Assembly: GCA_046546355.1 (NCBI GenBank)
Contig: JBKGXZ010000001.1
Location: 46,787-110,786 of the forward strand
Origin: Desulfohalobiaceae bacterium
GTDB taxonomy: Bacteria > Desulfobacterota > Desulfovibrionia > Desulfovibrionales > Desulfothermaceae
Direction of reading: 5' to 3'
Length of the DNA stretch: 64,000 nt
Part shown: piece after piece, positions 18,123-27,874 of the stretch
How the letters are laid out: every line of letters starts with the position of its first letter
Position numbering within the stretch: the first letter of the stretch is position 1
Notes under the pieces: model-generated
The model's input: the letters and a program-made list of their open reading frames with translations, nothing else
What the model was told of the DNA's origin: nothing
The model's database searches: none
Translations under genes and position numbers: made by a program

Positions 18123-19340
18123 TCAGGCTATTGCTTCCTTGTCCTTGAGGCCCAGGAAATAGAGCACTGCGTCCAGCCCGACGTTGCTGATGGCTTGCTT
18201 GGCCCCCTGCCTGACCATGGGCTTGGCATGGAAGGCGATCCCCAGGCCGGCCAGGTTGAGCATGGGCAGGTCATTGGCTCCGTCCCCCACAGCAATGACC
18301 TGTTCCAGGGAAATGTTCTCCTGCCTGGCCAGCTGCTGCAAAAGCTCTGCCTTTTTCTGACCGTCCACCACCTCGCCCTGAATCCTGCCTGTCAAAATGT
18401 TGCCTTGCAGCTCCAAATCGTTGGCAAACAGGTAGTCTATGCCCAGCATGTCCTGCAGGTAGCGGCCAAAATAGGTAAATCCTCCGGAAAGGATGGCTAT
18501 CTTATAGCCCAGGGTCTTGAGGTTCTGGATCAGTCGCTGGGCCCCCTGGGTCAGGGTCAGCCCCTGGGCCACTCGCTCCAGGACTGAAGCCTCCAGGCCC
18601 TGCAGGAGGGCAACCCTTTCCTGCAGGCTCTGCTTGAAATCCAGCTCGCCCTGCATGGCCCGGCGGGTGATCTCCTGCACCCGGGGGCCTGCCCCGGCCT
18701 GATAGGCCAGCTCATCTATGACTTCGGACTGGATCAGGGTGGAGTCCATGTCAAAGGCGATCAGTCTCCTGTGCCTGCGATAGGGGGTGTCCTCCTGCAG
18801 GCCGATATCAACTGGATATCTCCTGGACAGGGCCAGGAATTCGGAGCGCATCCGGCCCAGATCCCTGGGATTTCCGCTTAGCTCCATCTCTATGCAGGTC
18901 AGCCCCTGCTCCTGCAGCTTAGGGGTCAAGGGCCTGCGGTTGGACAGCCTTTCTATCTGGGCTATATCTAGTTGGTTTTCCCGCACCAGGCTGGCTATGC
19001 GGTACAGGTGCTCAGTATTCAGGCTGCGGCCCAGCAAGGTCAGGATGTAGGTCTTGCGCTCCGCGCTGCTGGACCAGCTCTGGTAGTCCTCTGGGTCTAT
19101 GCAGGAGAACTCCAGATCCAGGCCCAGGTTATGGGCCTGGTATAAAAGCTCCTTGAGCACAGGCTTGCTCTGGGCTGGATCCGTGAAGTGCAGGAGCAAG
19201 GACAGGGACAGGCTGGCGTGGATCACTGCCTGGGAGACGTCCAGGATCTCTATGGGGTGCTCCTGCAGGGAGCTGCACAGCGCTTCCAGGAGCCCGGGCC
19301 GATTCTGGCCGGTGATGTTTGTGAGATAGATGCTACCCAT
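18123..19340 (-). CDS. serB: phosphoserine phosphatase SerB with N-terminal ACT-like domains
   Basis: HAD motifs FDMDSTL and GDGANDLPM preceded by about 180 aa of ACT-like regulatory region. Confidence 0.85.
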   Translation of the reverse strand: MGSIYLTNITGQNRPGLLEALCSSLQEHPIEILDVSQAVIHASLSLSLLLHFTDPAQSKPVLKELLYQAHNLGLDLEFSCIDPEDYQSWSSSAERKTYILTLLGRSLNTEHLYRIASLVRENQLDIAQIERLSNRRPLTPKLQEQGLTCIEMELSGNPRDLGRMRSEFLALSRRYPVDIGLQEDTPYRRHRRLIAFDMDSTLIQSEVIDELAYQAGAGPRVQEITRRAMQGELDFKQSLQERVALLQGLEASVLERVAQGLTLTQGAQRLIQNLKTLGYKIAILSGGFTYFGRYLQDMLGIDYLFANDLELQGNILTGRIQGEVVDGQKKAELLQQLARQENISLEQVIAVGDGANDLPMLNLAGLGIAFHAKPMVRQGAKQAISNVGLDAVLYFLGLKDKEAIA

Positions 19341-19367
19341 AGCTTCATGAAAAGAGGGTGCCTGGGA

Positions 19368-20543
19368 TCAGAGCCTGCCCAGGGCTTTGTCTACCAGGTC
19401 TAATCCCTTCTGCAGGGTCTGTTGATCAGTGGCGTAGGAAAAGCGCAGGCAACGGTCGTCCCCGAAGGCGATCCCAGGGACTGTAGCCACCCCCGCCTCT
19501 TCCAGGAGATAGCTGCAAAGCTGGGTGGAGTTGGCTACCCGGCCCTTGAAGCAGCCCTCCATGCGCGGGAAGAGGTAAAAGGCACCGTCCGGACGGGGGC
19601 AGTGCACCCCTGGCCAGCTGTCCATGTTCTGCAGGGCCAGATCCCTCCTCTGGGCCAGGAGCTTTCTTTGCTCCTGCAGAAATTCGAAGGAGCCTTTTAA
19701 CGCAGCCAGGGCTGCCTCCTGGGCCAAAACGCAGATATTGGAAGTGGACTGACCCTGCAGCCGGTTCAATGGCTTGCACAGCTCCGGGGCAGTCAACACG
19801 AAGCCTATACGCCACCCGGTGAGGGCAAAACTTTTGGACAGTCCATTGACCACTGCCACCTGCTGCGGATAAGCGCTTATCCAGCCTGCAGCTGTGCTGG
19901 CCTGGGCAGGTGGGTAAACCAGCTGGTCATAGACCTCGTCCGAGATCACGAACAGACCTTGCCCTAGGGCGAACTCCAGGATCCTGTCCAGCTCCTGCTG
20001 GCTGTAATGGCAGCCTGTGGGATTGGAAGGGGAGTTCAGGATCAGGACCTTGCTCTTGGGACTCAGGCTTTGCTCCAGATCCTTCAGCTGCAGCAAAAAG
20101 CGGTTCTCCGGAGCCGTGGGCACAATTATGGGCTCCCCGTCAGCCAGCTTGACCATCTCCGGATAGCTGACCCAGTAAGGGGCAGGAATCAGGACTTCGT
20201 CCCCGGGGTCGAGCAGGACCTGAACCAAGTTGTACAAAGCCTGTTTGCCCCCGTTGCAGGCAGTGGCCATCTCCGGCACGGCCTCTATTTGGTAGAACTT
20301 GCTGTAGTAGCCGGCAATGGCCTGCAGGAGCTCAGGCATGCCAGGAACCGCGGTGTACCTGGTCTTTTTCTGCTCCACTGCCTGGTGCACAGCCTGCAGC
20401 ACGTGCTGCGGGGGTTGGAAGTCAGGCTCGCCTGCTGCCAGATTCAGGATTTCCTGGCCCTGGGCTTTCAGCTCTTGGGCCTTGGCGTTAATGCTCAGTG
20501 TGGCTGAGGGCTGCACCTTCTGAATGCGTCTTGAGTACTGCAT
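19368..20543 (-). CDS. pyridoxal phosphate-dependent (aspartate-type) aminotransferase
   Basis: Class I aminotransferase motifs (NLAAGEPDF, NSPSNPTG, SKSFALTGWRIG with the PLP lysine). Confidence 0.85.
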   Translation of the reverse strand: MQYSRRIQKVQPSATLSINAKAQELKAQGQEILNLAAGEPDFQPPQHVLQAVHQAVEQKKTRYTAVPGMPELLQAIAGYYSKFYQIEAVPEMATACNGGKQALYNLVQVLLDPGDEVLIPAPYWVSYPEMVKLADGEPIIVPTAPENRFLLQLKDLEQSLSPKSKVLILNSPSNPTGCHYSQQELDRILEFALGQGLFVISDEVYDQLVYPPAQASTAAGWISAYPQQVAVVNGLSKSFALTGWRIGFVLTAPELCKPLNRLQGQSTSNICVLAQEAALAALKGSFEFLQEQRKLLAQRRDLALQNMDSWPGVHCPRPDGAFYLFPRMEGCFKGRVANSTQLCSYLLEEAGVATVPGIAFGDDRCLRFSYATDQQTLQKGLDLVDKALGRL

Positions 20544-20602
20544 GGCAATTCCTTTTACAATCCTGGCAGCAGTCTGTAGTGTTTACTGCAGCCAGATAGG
20601 TC

Positions 20603-20911
20603 CTAATCCGAAAGCATGGCTCTTATCTCCTGCAACTCCTGCTGCAATTCCTGCATCAGGTCCCACCACTTGCGGTTTTGTTCCAGTTTGCGTCTGGCCC
20701 CTTCAATGGTCAAGCCCTGGGTGTAGAGCAGATGCTTGATCCGTCTGAGCAGGGCCAGATGCTCCTCTGTGTAAAGCCTTTGGCCCTTGGGGGTCCGGAT
20801 CGGGTCCAGCTGGGGGAACTCGGATTCCCAAAAGCGGAGCACATAAGGCTCTACGTCCAGCATCCTGGCAGCTTGCCCTATCTTGTAGGTGGTATTCCTC
20901 GCTTGGGCCAT
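20603..20911 (-). CDS. MerR-family transcriptional regulator (HTH only, 102 aa)
   Basis: N-terminal MerR HTH (YKIGQAARMLDVEPYVLRFWESEF) followed by a short coiled coil. The gene starts 10 nt after the pheT stop. Confidence 0.75.
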   Translation of the reverse strand: MAQARNTTYKIGQAARMLDVEPYVLRFWESEFPQLDPIRTPKGQRLYTEEHLALLRRIKHLLYTQGLTIEGARRKLEQNRKWWDLMQELQQELQEIRAMLSD

Positions 20912-20921
20912 ATCAGCCGTA

Positions 20922-23333
20922 CTAGGGGAAGCTGATCGGCAGATCCCGGAGCAGTATTTCGCCTAGCCTGGCATGCTCCTGGTCCACCTCCTGGTCCGTA
21001 AGGGTCCTCTCCTGGTGCCTGTATACCAGGCGCAGGGTCAGGTTGCGTCTGGAGCTGCCCTGGGGCTGATACAGATCCTGCAGCCTGAATTCCTGCAGAA
21101 TATGGCTGTCTGCCTCCTGGATCTTGTCCTGCAGTTGCTGGTAGCTTACTTCCGGGCCAGCAACAATGGTCATGTCCCTGACCACAGGCGGGAACTTGGG
21201 CCAAGGCTGGTATACCTGCTCCTGCTGGGCCTGCAGCCTGTATAGCTGATCCAGATCCAGCTCAGCCAGCCAGACTGGGTGCCGTAGGCGCTGCTCCCTG
21301 GCTATTTCAGGCTTGAGCCTGCCCATGGTTCCCAGGCTGGTCCCTGCCATATCGATATCCACCACAGGTTCCAGAAAACAGGGCTCCTGCCTTAAGGAAC
21401 AGGTAAATCCCGGCAGCAAAAGTCTGCTGCATAGATGCTCCAAGAGCCCTTTGAGCTCCAGGTAATCAGCCTCCTGCCTGGTCCAGGGCCATCTCTCTGG
21501 CTGGCGCAGGCCGTGCAGGGCCAGGCCCAGCAGGTTTTTCTCTCTGGCTCCGGTCCCTGACTCCGGATCAGGCTTAAAGCAGCGGGCCACTTCAAACACC
21601 TGCTGGTGGATGTTGCCCTGGGAGGAGTTCAGAGCCAGGCTCTGCAGGAGCCCCGGGGCCAGGCAGGGACGCATGCTGTCCTGGTCAGAGCTCAAAGGGT
21701 TCTGGACGCGCAAGGCCTGTTGGGCATCCAGGTCCAGTCTTTGCAGATCCTTCTGGCCCACGAAGCTGTAGTTGATGACCTCCTGCAGGCCAACACCCTG
21801 GGCCCACGTCTTGATCAGGTGCAGGAATTCGTAGCCTGCCTGCTCCTGGGGCCGGCTGCTGGTTTCCCTGGAAAGGGGTCTTGTGATGCTGGGTGGATTG
21901 GAAGCGATCTCCTCAAATCCGTAAAAGCGGCCCAGCTCTTCGATAAGATCCACTTCCCTTTCTAGATCGTGCCTGTAGCTGGGCGGGTTGACCTGCCAGG
22001 GGCCGTCCAGGCCAGGGGCCACGCTGCAGCCCAGAGACTGCAGCGTGGCCCGGCAGTACTCCTGTTCCAGATCCAGGTCCAGCAGCTGGCTGGCCCTGCC
22101 GGGCCGAAAGCCTATAGTCTTGCCTTGCCAGGGCCTGGGCTCCTGCCTGCATGCTCCCTGCAGGACCCTGGCCCCGGTGAGCTCCTGCAGGAGATGACAG
22201 GCCCGCAGCAGGGCCAGGTCTGAGCCTGGCTGGTCCACCCCCCTTTCGAACCTGAAGGCGGATTCGCTGCTCAGGCCCAGCCTGCGGCAGGTCTTGCGCA
22301 CCCGGATGGGATTGAATACTGCGCATTCCAAAACCACCTCACTGGTTTCGGAGCTGATCTCGGTGTTGGCCCCGCCCATAATGCCTGCCAGGGCGACTGG
22401 TTTCTCCTGGTCCCAGATCAAAAGGTCCTCAGGCTGCAGCTTTTGGGTCTGGCCGTCCAGAGTAGTGAACTCCCGAATATGACCTGAGGTTGCCACCTGG
22501 ATCAGCCCCCCGGAGAGTAGGCCGCGGTCAAAGGCATGCAAGGGCTGGCCCAGCTCCAGGAGTACATAGTTGGTGACATCCACTATGTTGTTCACAGGCC
22601 TAAGACCCAGGCTGAGCAGCCTTTTGCGCAGCCAGAACGGACTGGGGCCCAATTCGGGCTGGGTAAGGATCCTGGCCTGGTACAAAGGGCACAGCTCGGA
22701 GTCCTGGATACTGACCTGCAGCAGCTCGGAGCAGTTTCGGCCTTCTTCATGTATAGAGGTGGGGGGCATATTCAAGGGCAGGCCAAAAGCTGCGGAGACC
22801 TCCCTGGCTATGCCCAGCACGCTCAGGCAGTCACCCCGGTTGGGGGTCAAGCCGATGTCCAGCAGGGTGTCCTCCAGATCCAAGGCCTGACGCAGGGGCT
22901 GGCCAGGCTGAGGCCCAGGATCCAGGACCAGGATCCCGCTGTGATCCTCGCCCAGCCCCAATTCCTTTGCAGACAGGATCATGCCCTGGGATCTTTCCCC
23001 ACGGATTTTGGCTTCCTGGATTTTCGTGCCGTCAGGCAGCTTGCTGCCCACAGGGGCAACAGCCACCAGCTGGCCTGCAGCCACATTCGGGGCGCCGCAG
23101 ACGATATCTGCCCCCCGGCCCTGGCCCAGAGCAACCCTGCAAACCCGGAGCTGGTCAGCTTTGGGATGGGATCGGCATTCCAGGACCTCCCCCACCAGCA
23201 TACCACTTAGCTGGGCAAAGGCCTGGCTTTGCTCTTCCACCTCCAGGCCCAGCATGGTCAACCTGTGCGAAAGATCCTGCACTGATCCCTGATAAGGAGT
23301 GAATTCCTGAAGCCAGTTAACACTAAGCAGCAT
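20922..23333 (-). CDS. pheT: phenylalanine--tRNA ligase beta subunit
   Basis: 803 aa. N-terminus MLLSVNWLQEF, tRNA-binding, B3/4, B5 and FDX-ACB regions are recognisable. Confidence 0.95.
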   Translation of the reverse strand: MLLSVNWLQEFTPYQGSVQDLSHRLTMLGLEVEEQSQAFAQLSGMLVGEVLECRSHPKADQLRVCRVALGQGRGADIVCGAPNVAAGQLVAVAPVGSKLPDGTKIQEAKIRGERSQGMILSAKELGLGEDHSGILVLDPGPQPGQPLRQALDLEDTLLDIGLTPNRGDCLSVLGIAREVSAAFGLPLNMPPTSIHEEGRNCSELLQVSIQDSELCPLYQARILTQPELGPSPFWLRKRLLSLGLRPVNNIVDVTNYVLLELGQPLHAFDRGLLSGGLIQVATSGHIREFTTLDGQTQKLQPEDLLIWDQEKPVALAGIMGGANTEISSETSEVVLECAVFNPIRVRKTCRRLGLSSESAFRFERGVDQPGSDLALLRACHLLQELTGARVLQGACRQEPRPWQGKTIGFRPGRASQLLDLDLEQEYCRATLQSLGCSVAPGLDGPWQVNPPSYRHDLEREVDLIEELGRFYGFEEIASNPPSITRPLSRETSSRPQEQAGYEFLHLIKTWAQGVGLQEVINYSFVGQKDLQRLDLDAQQALRVQNPLSSDQDSMRPCLAPGLLQSLALNSSQGNIHQQVFEVARCFKPDPESGTGAREKNLLGLALHGLRQPERWPWTRQEADYLELKGLLEHLCSRLLLPGFTCSLRQEPCFLEPVVDIDMAGTSLGTMGRLKPEIAREQRLRHPVWLAELDLDQLYRLQAQQEQVYQPWPKFPPVVRDMTIVAGPEVSYQQLQDKIQEADSHILQEFRLQDLYQPQGSSRRNLTLRLVYRHQERTLTDQEVDQEHARLGEILLRDLPISFP

Positions 23334-23352
23334 TGTGTTTCAGCCCTTGTCT

Positions 23353-24420
23353 CTAAGCGCTTGGCATTTGCCTGAACTGGGTCAAGAAGCGCAGATCGTT
23401 GTTAAAGAACAGCCGCAGATCGTCTATGCCGTACTTCAGCATGGCCACCCGCTCCACGCCCAGGCCGAATGCGAACCCGGTGTAGCTCTCAGGGTCATAG
23501 TCCACTGCCTTGAAGACCTCAGGATCGATCATGCCGCAGCCCAAGATCTCTACCCAGCCGGTCTGCTTGCAGACCCTGCAGGGCTCGGAGCCGATGATCC
23601 CGCTGCCATGGCACAGCACACAGCTGATATCCACCTCTGCACTGGGCTCTGTGAATGGGAAGTAGCTGGGCCTGAAGCGGACACTGCACTGGGGGCCAAA
23701 GATCTCATGCACAAACAGGGTAAGTGTGCCTCGCAGATCTGCCATGCTGACCCGCCTGTCCACCATAAAGCCTTCTATCTGGTGGAACATGGGGGAGTGG
23801 GTCAAGTCCGCATCCCTGCGGTAAACCTTGCCCGGAGCCACAGCAGCCAAGGGAGGCTGCCTGCCCTGCATGGTCCGGATCTGCAAAGGAGAAGTGTGGG
23901 TACGCAGGACTGTGCCTCCCTGGATGTACAGGGTGTCCTGCATATCACGGGCAGGATGGTCCTGGGGGATGTTCAGGGCCTCAAAATTATAGAAATCGCT
24001 TTCCACTTCCGGGCCGGTGACGATCTCAAAGCCCAGCCTGCTGAACACGCAGCAAATCTGGTGCAGGACCAAAGTCACAGGATGCAGGGAGCCCAGCCTG
24101 GGCCTGCGGCCGGGCAGCGTGGGATCAAACTCCTGCTGCTGCCTGCAGGCCTGTTCCTGCTCCAGTTCCTGCTTCTTGGCCTGGAAGAGGTGTTGTAGTT
24201 TTTTTTTGACCTGATTGGCTGTCTGCCCTGCCTCAGGCCGGTCCTGCTCAGGCAGTTCCTTGAGCCGGGCCATGATCTGGGTCAGCTCGCCCTTTCTGCC
24301 TAGGACATGCGTTCTCAAGGCTTCCAGGTCCTGCTGGGAGGAGATCCCGGGCAGGGCAGACTCCAGCCTGGAACCCACCTCCTGCAGGCGCTGCAAAAAA
24401 TCCTGCTTGCTGAAGGCCAA
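23353..24420 (-). CDS. pheS: phenylalanine--tRNA ligase alpha subunit
   Basis: Class II core motifs ([35 protein letters not shown]). The first 25 codons of the ORF track overlap rplT. The start is placed at the in-frame TTG 24420, 1 nt after the rplT stop; the exact start remains uncertain. Confidence 0.9.
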   Translation of the reverse strand: MAFSKQDFLQRLQEVGSRLESALPGISSQQDLEALRTHVLGRKGELTQIMARLKELPEQDRPEAGQTANQVKKKLQHLFQAKKQELEQEQACRQQQEFDPTLPGRRPRLGSLHPVTLVLHQICCVFSRLGFEIVTGPEVESDFYNFEALNIPQDHPARDMQDTLYIQGGTVLRTHTSPLQIRTMQGRQPPLAAVAPGKVYRRDADLTHSPMFHQIEGFMVDRRVSMADLRGTLTLFVHEIFGPQCSVRFRPSYFPFTEPSAEVDISCVLCHGSGIIGSEPCRVCKQTGWVEILGCGMIDPEVFKAVDYDPESYTGFAFGLGVERVAMLKYGIDDLRLFFNNDLRFLTQFRQMPSA

Positions 24421-24421
24421 C

Positions 24422-24775
24422 TTACTGTACCTTTGCTTTGGCCATCTCCGCCAGCCTGGAGAAAGCCTGTTCGTCACTATAGGCCAGGTCCGCAAGCACC
24501 TTGCGGTTCAGCTCCACTCCGCTGCGCTGCAGGCCTTGCATGAGCTTGCTGTAGGACATGCCGTGCTGCCGGGCTGCAGCATTGATACGCACGATCCAGA
24601 GCCTGCGGTAGTCCCTCTTTTTCAGTCTGCGGTCCTTATAGGCATCGCACAGGGAATGCTCCACCGCCTCCTTTGCGGTGCGGTACAGGGTGCTCCTGCT
24701 GCCCCGGAAACCCTTGGCCATCTTAAGATATTTCTTATGCTTCTTGTGGGCGGTCTTGCCTCTTTTGACCCGCAT
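24422..24775 (-). CDS. rplT: 50S ribosomal protein L20
   Basis: [25 protein letters not shown] is a canonical L20 N-terminus. Confidence 0.95.
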   Translation of the reverse strand: MRVKRGKTAHKKHKKYLKMAKGFRGSRSTLYRTAKEAVEHSLCDAYKDRRLKKRDYRRLWIVRINAAARQHGMSYSKLMQGLQRSGVELNRKVLADLAYSDEQAFSRLAEMAKAKVQ

Positions 24776-24865
24776 TTTGCATCTCCTTGCCTGGAATGTT
24801 GAAGTTAAACTGCCAATTGGTGCCTGGAAGCAAGCAGCGCACTTAGCGCCTGCTTTTAGGCCAGG

Positions 24866-25066
24866 CTAGCTGGTGTAGGGCAAAAGCCTTTTGATGTGTT
24901 TGACGTTGGCAGAGTCCACCAGTGTGCTCTGCCGCAAGGATCTCTTCCTCTTAGGAGATTTCTTGGTCAGAATATGGCTGTGGTAGGCTTTCTTGCGCTG
25001 CAGCTTGCCGGTGCCCGTGGTCTTGAACCTTTTGGCCGCACCCCTGTGGGTTTTGATCTTGGGCAT
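24866..25066 (-). CDS. rpmI: 50S ribosomal protein L35
   Basis: [21 protein letters not shown] is a canonical L35. AAAGGAGG RBS upstream. Confidence 0.95.
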   Translation of the reverse strand: MPKIKTHRGAAKRFKTTGTGKLQRKKAYHSHILTKKSPKRKRSLRQSTLVDSANVKHIKRLLPYTS

Positions 25067-25096
25067 AAGTCCTCCTTTATTCTCCTGGTCCCTGCC

Positions 25097-25618
25097 CTAT
25101 TTTTTGGGCAGGGGAGTGACAATCATATGCATGGCCCTGCCTTCGAACTTTGGGGCCTGCTCCACCTTGGCCACGTCGCTGAGTTCCTGCAGGATATTCT
25201 GCATGATCTCCTGTCCCTGCTCCTTGTAGACAATCTCCCTGCCCCGGAAGAACAAGGTAATCTTGCATCTGTCCCCTTTGGCCAGGAATTTACGTACATG
25301 GTCCAGCTTGGTCTGCAGGTCGTGCTCGTCTGTCTTGGGCCTCAGCTTGACCTCCTTGAGCTGGACCTGGACCTGTTTTTTCTTGGCTTCCTGCTGCCTT
25401 TTGCGCTGCTGGTACTGGTACTTGCCGTAGTCCATCAGCCTGCACACAGGCGGGGTGGCCTTGGGAGAAACCTCCACCAGGTCCACACCTTGCTCCTCAG
25501 CTAGTTGCAGGGCCTGCTTGGTGGGCATGACCCCCAGCTGCTCACCCTGTTCATTGACCACCCTGACCTCTGGTACCCGGATCTGGTGGTTGCGGCGGGC
25601 GCTAGTAGGAGAAGCTAT
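25097..25618 (-). CDS. infC: translation initiation factor IF-3 (non-AUG start)
   Basis: The ORF track begins at GTG 25561. The frame stays open up to an in-frame TGA at 25624 and encodes the conserved IF-3 N-terminus ([23 protein letters not shown]; compare E. coli ARPNRINGEIRAQEVRLTG). The only AUN codon there is ATA at 25618, preceded by GGAGGA (25631..25626) with a 7-nt spacer. Confidence 0.85.
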   Translation of the reverse strand: MASPTSARRNHQIRVPEVRVVNEQGEQLGVMPTKQALQLAEEQGVDLVEVSPKATPPVCRLMDYGKYQYQQRKRQQEAKKKQVQVQLKEVKLRPKTDEHDLQTKLDHVRKFLAKGDRCKITLFFRGREIVYKEQGQEIMQNILQELSDVAKVEQAPKFEGRAMHMIVTPLPKK

Positions 25619-27542
25619 AACTCATTCCTCCACGTTTGAATGGTTCCTGACAATCCTGCTCTATGCTCTCTATGACCTGGGCTATTGTTTTCTGGCCCTG
25701 ATTCTCCTGGCTCCTCAGCCTGACGTTGACCTGGCCCTGCTCCTTCTCCTGGTTGCCTGTCACCAGGATATAGGGAATCTTCTCCAGCTGGGCCTCTCGG
25801 ACCTTGTAGCCCAGTTTCTCATTGCGCAGATCAGTTTCAACCCTGACCCCTGCCTGTTGCAGCTCCTGGGCACAGGCTTGGGCATATTCCCTTTGTTCAT
25901 CAGTTATATTCAGGACTTTGGCCTGGACCGGGCTGAGCCATGTGGGCAGGGCGCCTGCAAAGTGCTCCAGCAGGACTCCCAGGAAGCGCTCGATAGCACC
26001 CAGGATTACCCTGTGCAGCATTACTGGCCTGTGCTTTTCACCATCCTGGCCGATGTAGCTGAGGTCAAACCTGTTCGGCAGGGTGAAGTCGCATTGTATT
26101 GTAGCACATTGCCATTTACGATTTAAGGCATCCTTGAGCTTGATGTCAATCTTGGGGCCGTAGAAAGCGCCTTCCCCGGAGCAGACCTCATAATCCAGGC
26201 CTGCGCCCTCCAGGGCGCTTTGCAGGGCCTGAATAGCCTGGGTCCAGTCCCCTTCCGAGCCTATGGACTTCTCCGGCCTGGTGGAGATCTCCACCAGGTA
26301 TTCAAAGCCGAACAGCTGCATCACGTCCCGGACAAAGTTGAGCACACCCTGGATCTCTTCCTGCAGCTGATCAGGCCTGCAGATGATGTGCGCGTCATCC
26401 TGGGTGAACTGGCGTACTCTTAGCAAGCCGTGCATAACCCCGGATTTCTCATGCCTGTGCACTGTGCCAAGCTCAAAGAGCCGTATGGGCAGATCCCGGT
26501 AGCTGCGCAGCCCGGATTTGTAGACCAGCATATGGGCCAGGCAGTTCATGGGCTTTAGGCCGTAAACCTGGTCGTCTATCTCAGTGAAGTACATGTTCTC
26601 CCGGTAGTTGTCGTAGTGCCCGGATCGCTCCCAGAGCTCCTTGCGCAGCAGCTGGGGGCCGCGCACCAGCTGATAGCCACGCCTGAGGTGCTCCTTGGTT
26701 TCGAAGTCCTCCAGGATGCTGCGGATAAGTGCGCCCTTGGGATGAAAGATGGGCATGCCCGGCCCAGCCTCGTCGCTGAAGCTGAACAGGTCCAGCTGGC
26801 TGCCCAGCTTGCGGTGATCACGCTTCTGGGCCTCTTCTAGCTGTTGCAGATATTTCTTGAGCTCCTTCTGGCTGGCCCAGGCAGTGCCGTAGATGCGCTG
26901 CAGCATGGGCCGATCCTCGTCCCCTCTCCAGTAGGCTCCTGCCAGGCTGGTAAGCTTGAAGGCAGGGATGTATCCTGTGGAGGGCAAATGCGGGCCCCGA
27001 CACAGATCTGTGAAATTGCCCTGGGTATAGATGCTGACCTCTGGGTCCTGCATCTCTTCCAGGATCTCCAACTTGTAAGTCTCGTTCTGGAACAGGAACA
27101 ACCTCTTGGCTTCCTGCAAGGAGAGATCCCTGCGCTCCAGGGGCAGATCAAACTGAATGATCCTCTGCATCTCCTGCTCAATGCTCTCCAGGTCCTGGGG
27201 GGTAAAGGAACGCTCGAACTCAAAATCGTAGTAGAAGCCATTTTCTATAGCCGGACCCATGCCCACCTTGGCCTGGGGATAGAGCTTTTTGACAGCCTGG
27301 GCCATGACATGGGCGGTACTATGGCGCAGTACCTCCAGGCCTGCGTCTGAGTCCAGAAAGATTGGCTCCAGCTGTTCGCAGTCCCTGGGCAGGGGCTGCT
27401 GCAGGTCCAGCAGCATGTCCCCGCACCTGCAGGCTATGGCCTTTTTGAACTGCTTGTTGCTGAGAGCCTTGCGCAGTAACTGCCTGCAGGTCTGGTTCTG
27501 CTCTGCTTCGACTTTTGTGTCTTGTATCTGCACTGCCTGCAC
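25602..27542 (-). CDS. thrS: threonine--tRNA ligase
   Basis: TGS domain, editing domain ([11 protein letters not shown]), class II core and anticodon-binding domain. Start candidates are TTG 27569, ATG 27560 and GTG 27542. Only GTG 27542 has a Shine-Dalgarno sequence (GGGAGG at 27553..27548, 5-nt spacer), and it gives an N-terminus that begins right at the TGS domain. Confidence 0.9.
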   Translation of the reverse strand: MQAVQIQDTKVEAEQNQTCRQLLRKALSNKQFKKAIACRCGDMLLDLQQPLPRDCEQLEPIFLDSDAGLEVLRHSTAHVMAQAVKKLYPQAKVGMGPAIENGFYYDFEFERSFTPQDLESIEQEMQRIIQFDLPLERRDLSLQEAKRLFLFQNETYKLEILEEMQDPEVSIYTQGNFTDLCRGPHLPSTGYIPAFKLTSLAGAYWRGDEDRPMLQRIYGTAWASQKELKKYLQQLEEAQKRDHRKLGSQLDLFSFSDEAGPGMPIFHPKGALIRSILEDFETKEHLRRGYQLVRGPQLLRKELWERSGHYDNYRENMYFTEIDDQVYGLKPMNCLAHMLVYKSGLRSYRDLPIRLFELGTVHRHEKSGVMHGLLRVRQFTQDDAHIICRPDQLQEEIQGVLNFVRDVMQLFGFEYLVEISTRPEKSIGSEGDWTQAIQALQSALEGAGLDYEVCSGEGAFYGPKIDIKLKDALNRKWQCATIQCDFTLPNRFDLSYIGQDGEKHRPVMLHRVILGAIERFLGVLLEHFAGALPTWLSPVQAKVLNITDEQREYAQACAQELQQAGVRVETDLRNEKLGYKVREAQLEKIPYILVTGNQEKEQGQVNVRLRSQENQGQKTIAQVIESIEQDCQEPFKRGGMSYSFSY

Positions 27543-27566
27543 ATCTGCCTCCCAAAGCATAATGCC

Positions 27567-27598
27567 CAAACGAAACAGGGAGGCTGGTGCCTCCCTGT
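27567..27598 (-). terminator. terminator/attenuator-like hairpin between tRNA-Val and thrS
   Basis: On the minus strand there is a perfect 10-bp stem ACAGGGAGGC / GCCTCCCTGT (27598..27589 and 27584..27575) with an ACCA loop, followed by TTCGTTTG. Confidence 0.5.
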
Positions 27599-27621
27599 GA
27601 AGATGAGCAGTTCATACAGGA

Positions 27622-27696
27622 TGGTAGGCGCGAGGAGATTTGAACTCCTGACCCCTTGCGCGTCAAGCAAGTGCTCTACCCCTGAGCTACGCGCCT
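27622..27696 (-). tRNA. tRNA-Val (anticodon GAC), CCA encoded
   Basis: The reverse complement folds by hand into a cloverleaf. Acceptor stem AGGCGCG/CGCGCCT, D arm GCTC-AGGGGTA-GAGC, anticodon arm CTTGC-TTGACGC-GCAAG (anticodon GAC), T arm AGGAG-TTCAAAT-CTCCT, then ACCA. Confidence 0.9.
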
Positions 27697-27874
27697 GCAA
27701 GAGTTTTGATCCAATAACAACTCCTTGTAGCTGCTGTCAAGGGGAATATGGGAATTGAGCAGATTCAGGAAGCGTGATTTTTGCCTTGGATTTGACTTGT
27801 ATACAGGGCTGCAGTAGATTTTCAGCAAGGGACATTCAAGCACTGCGAGCTCACAAACCTAAGCCGAGGCAGCC

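Noticed and set aside
27792-27820. Candidate glgA promoter: TTGACT, 17 nt, then TAGATT.
   Set aside because: It is plausible by spacing, but it is a single weak hexamer match in an intergenic region. That is not enough to list as a feature without TSS data.
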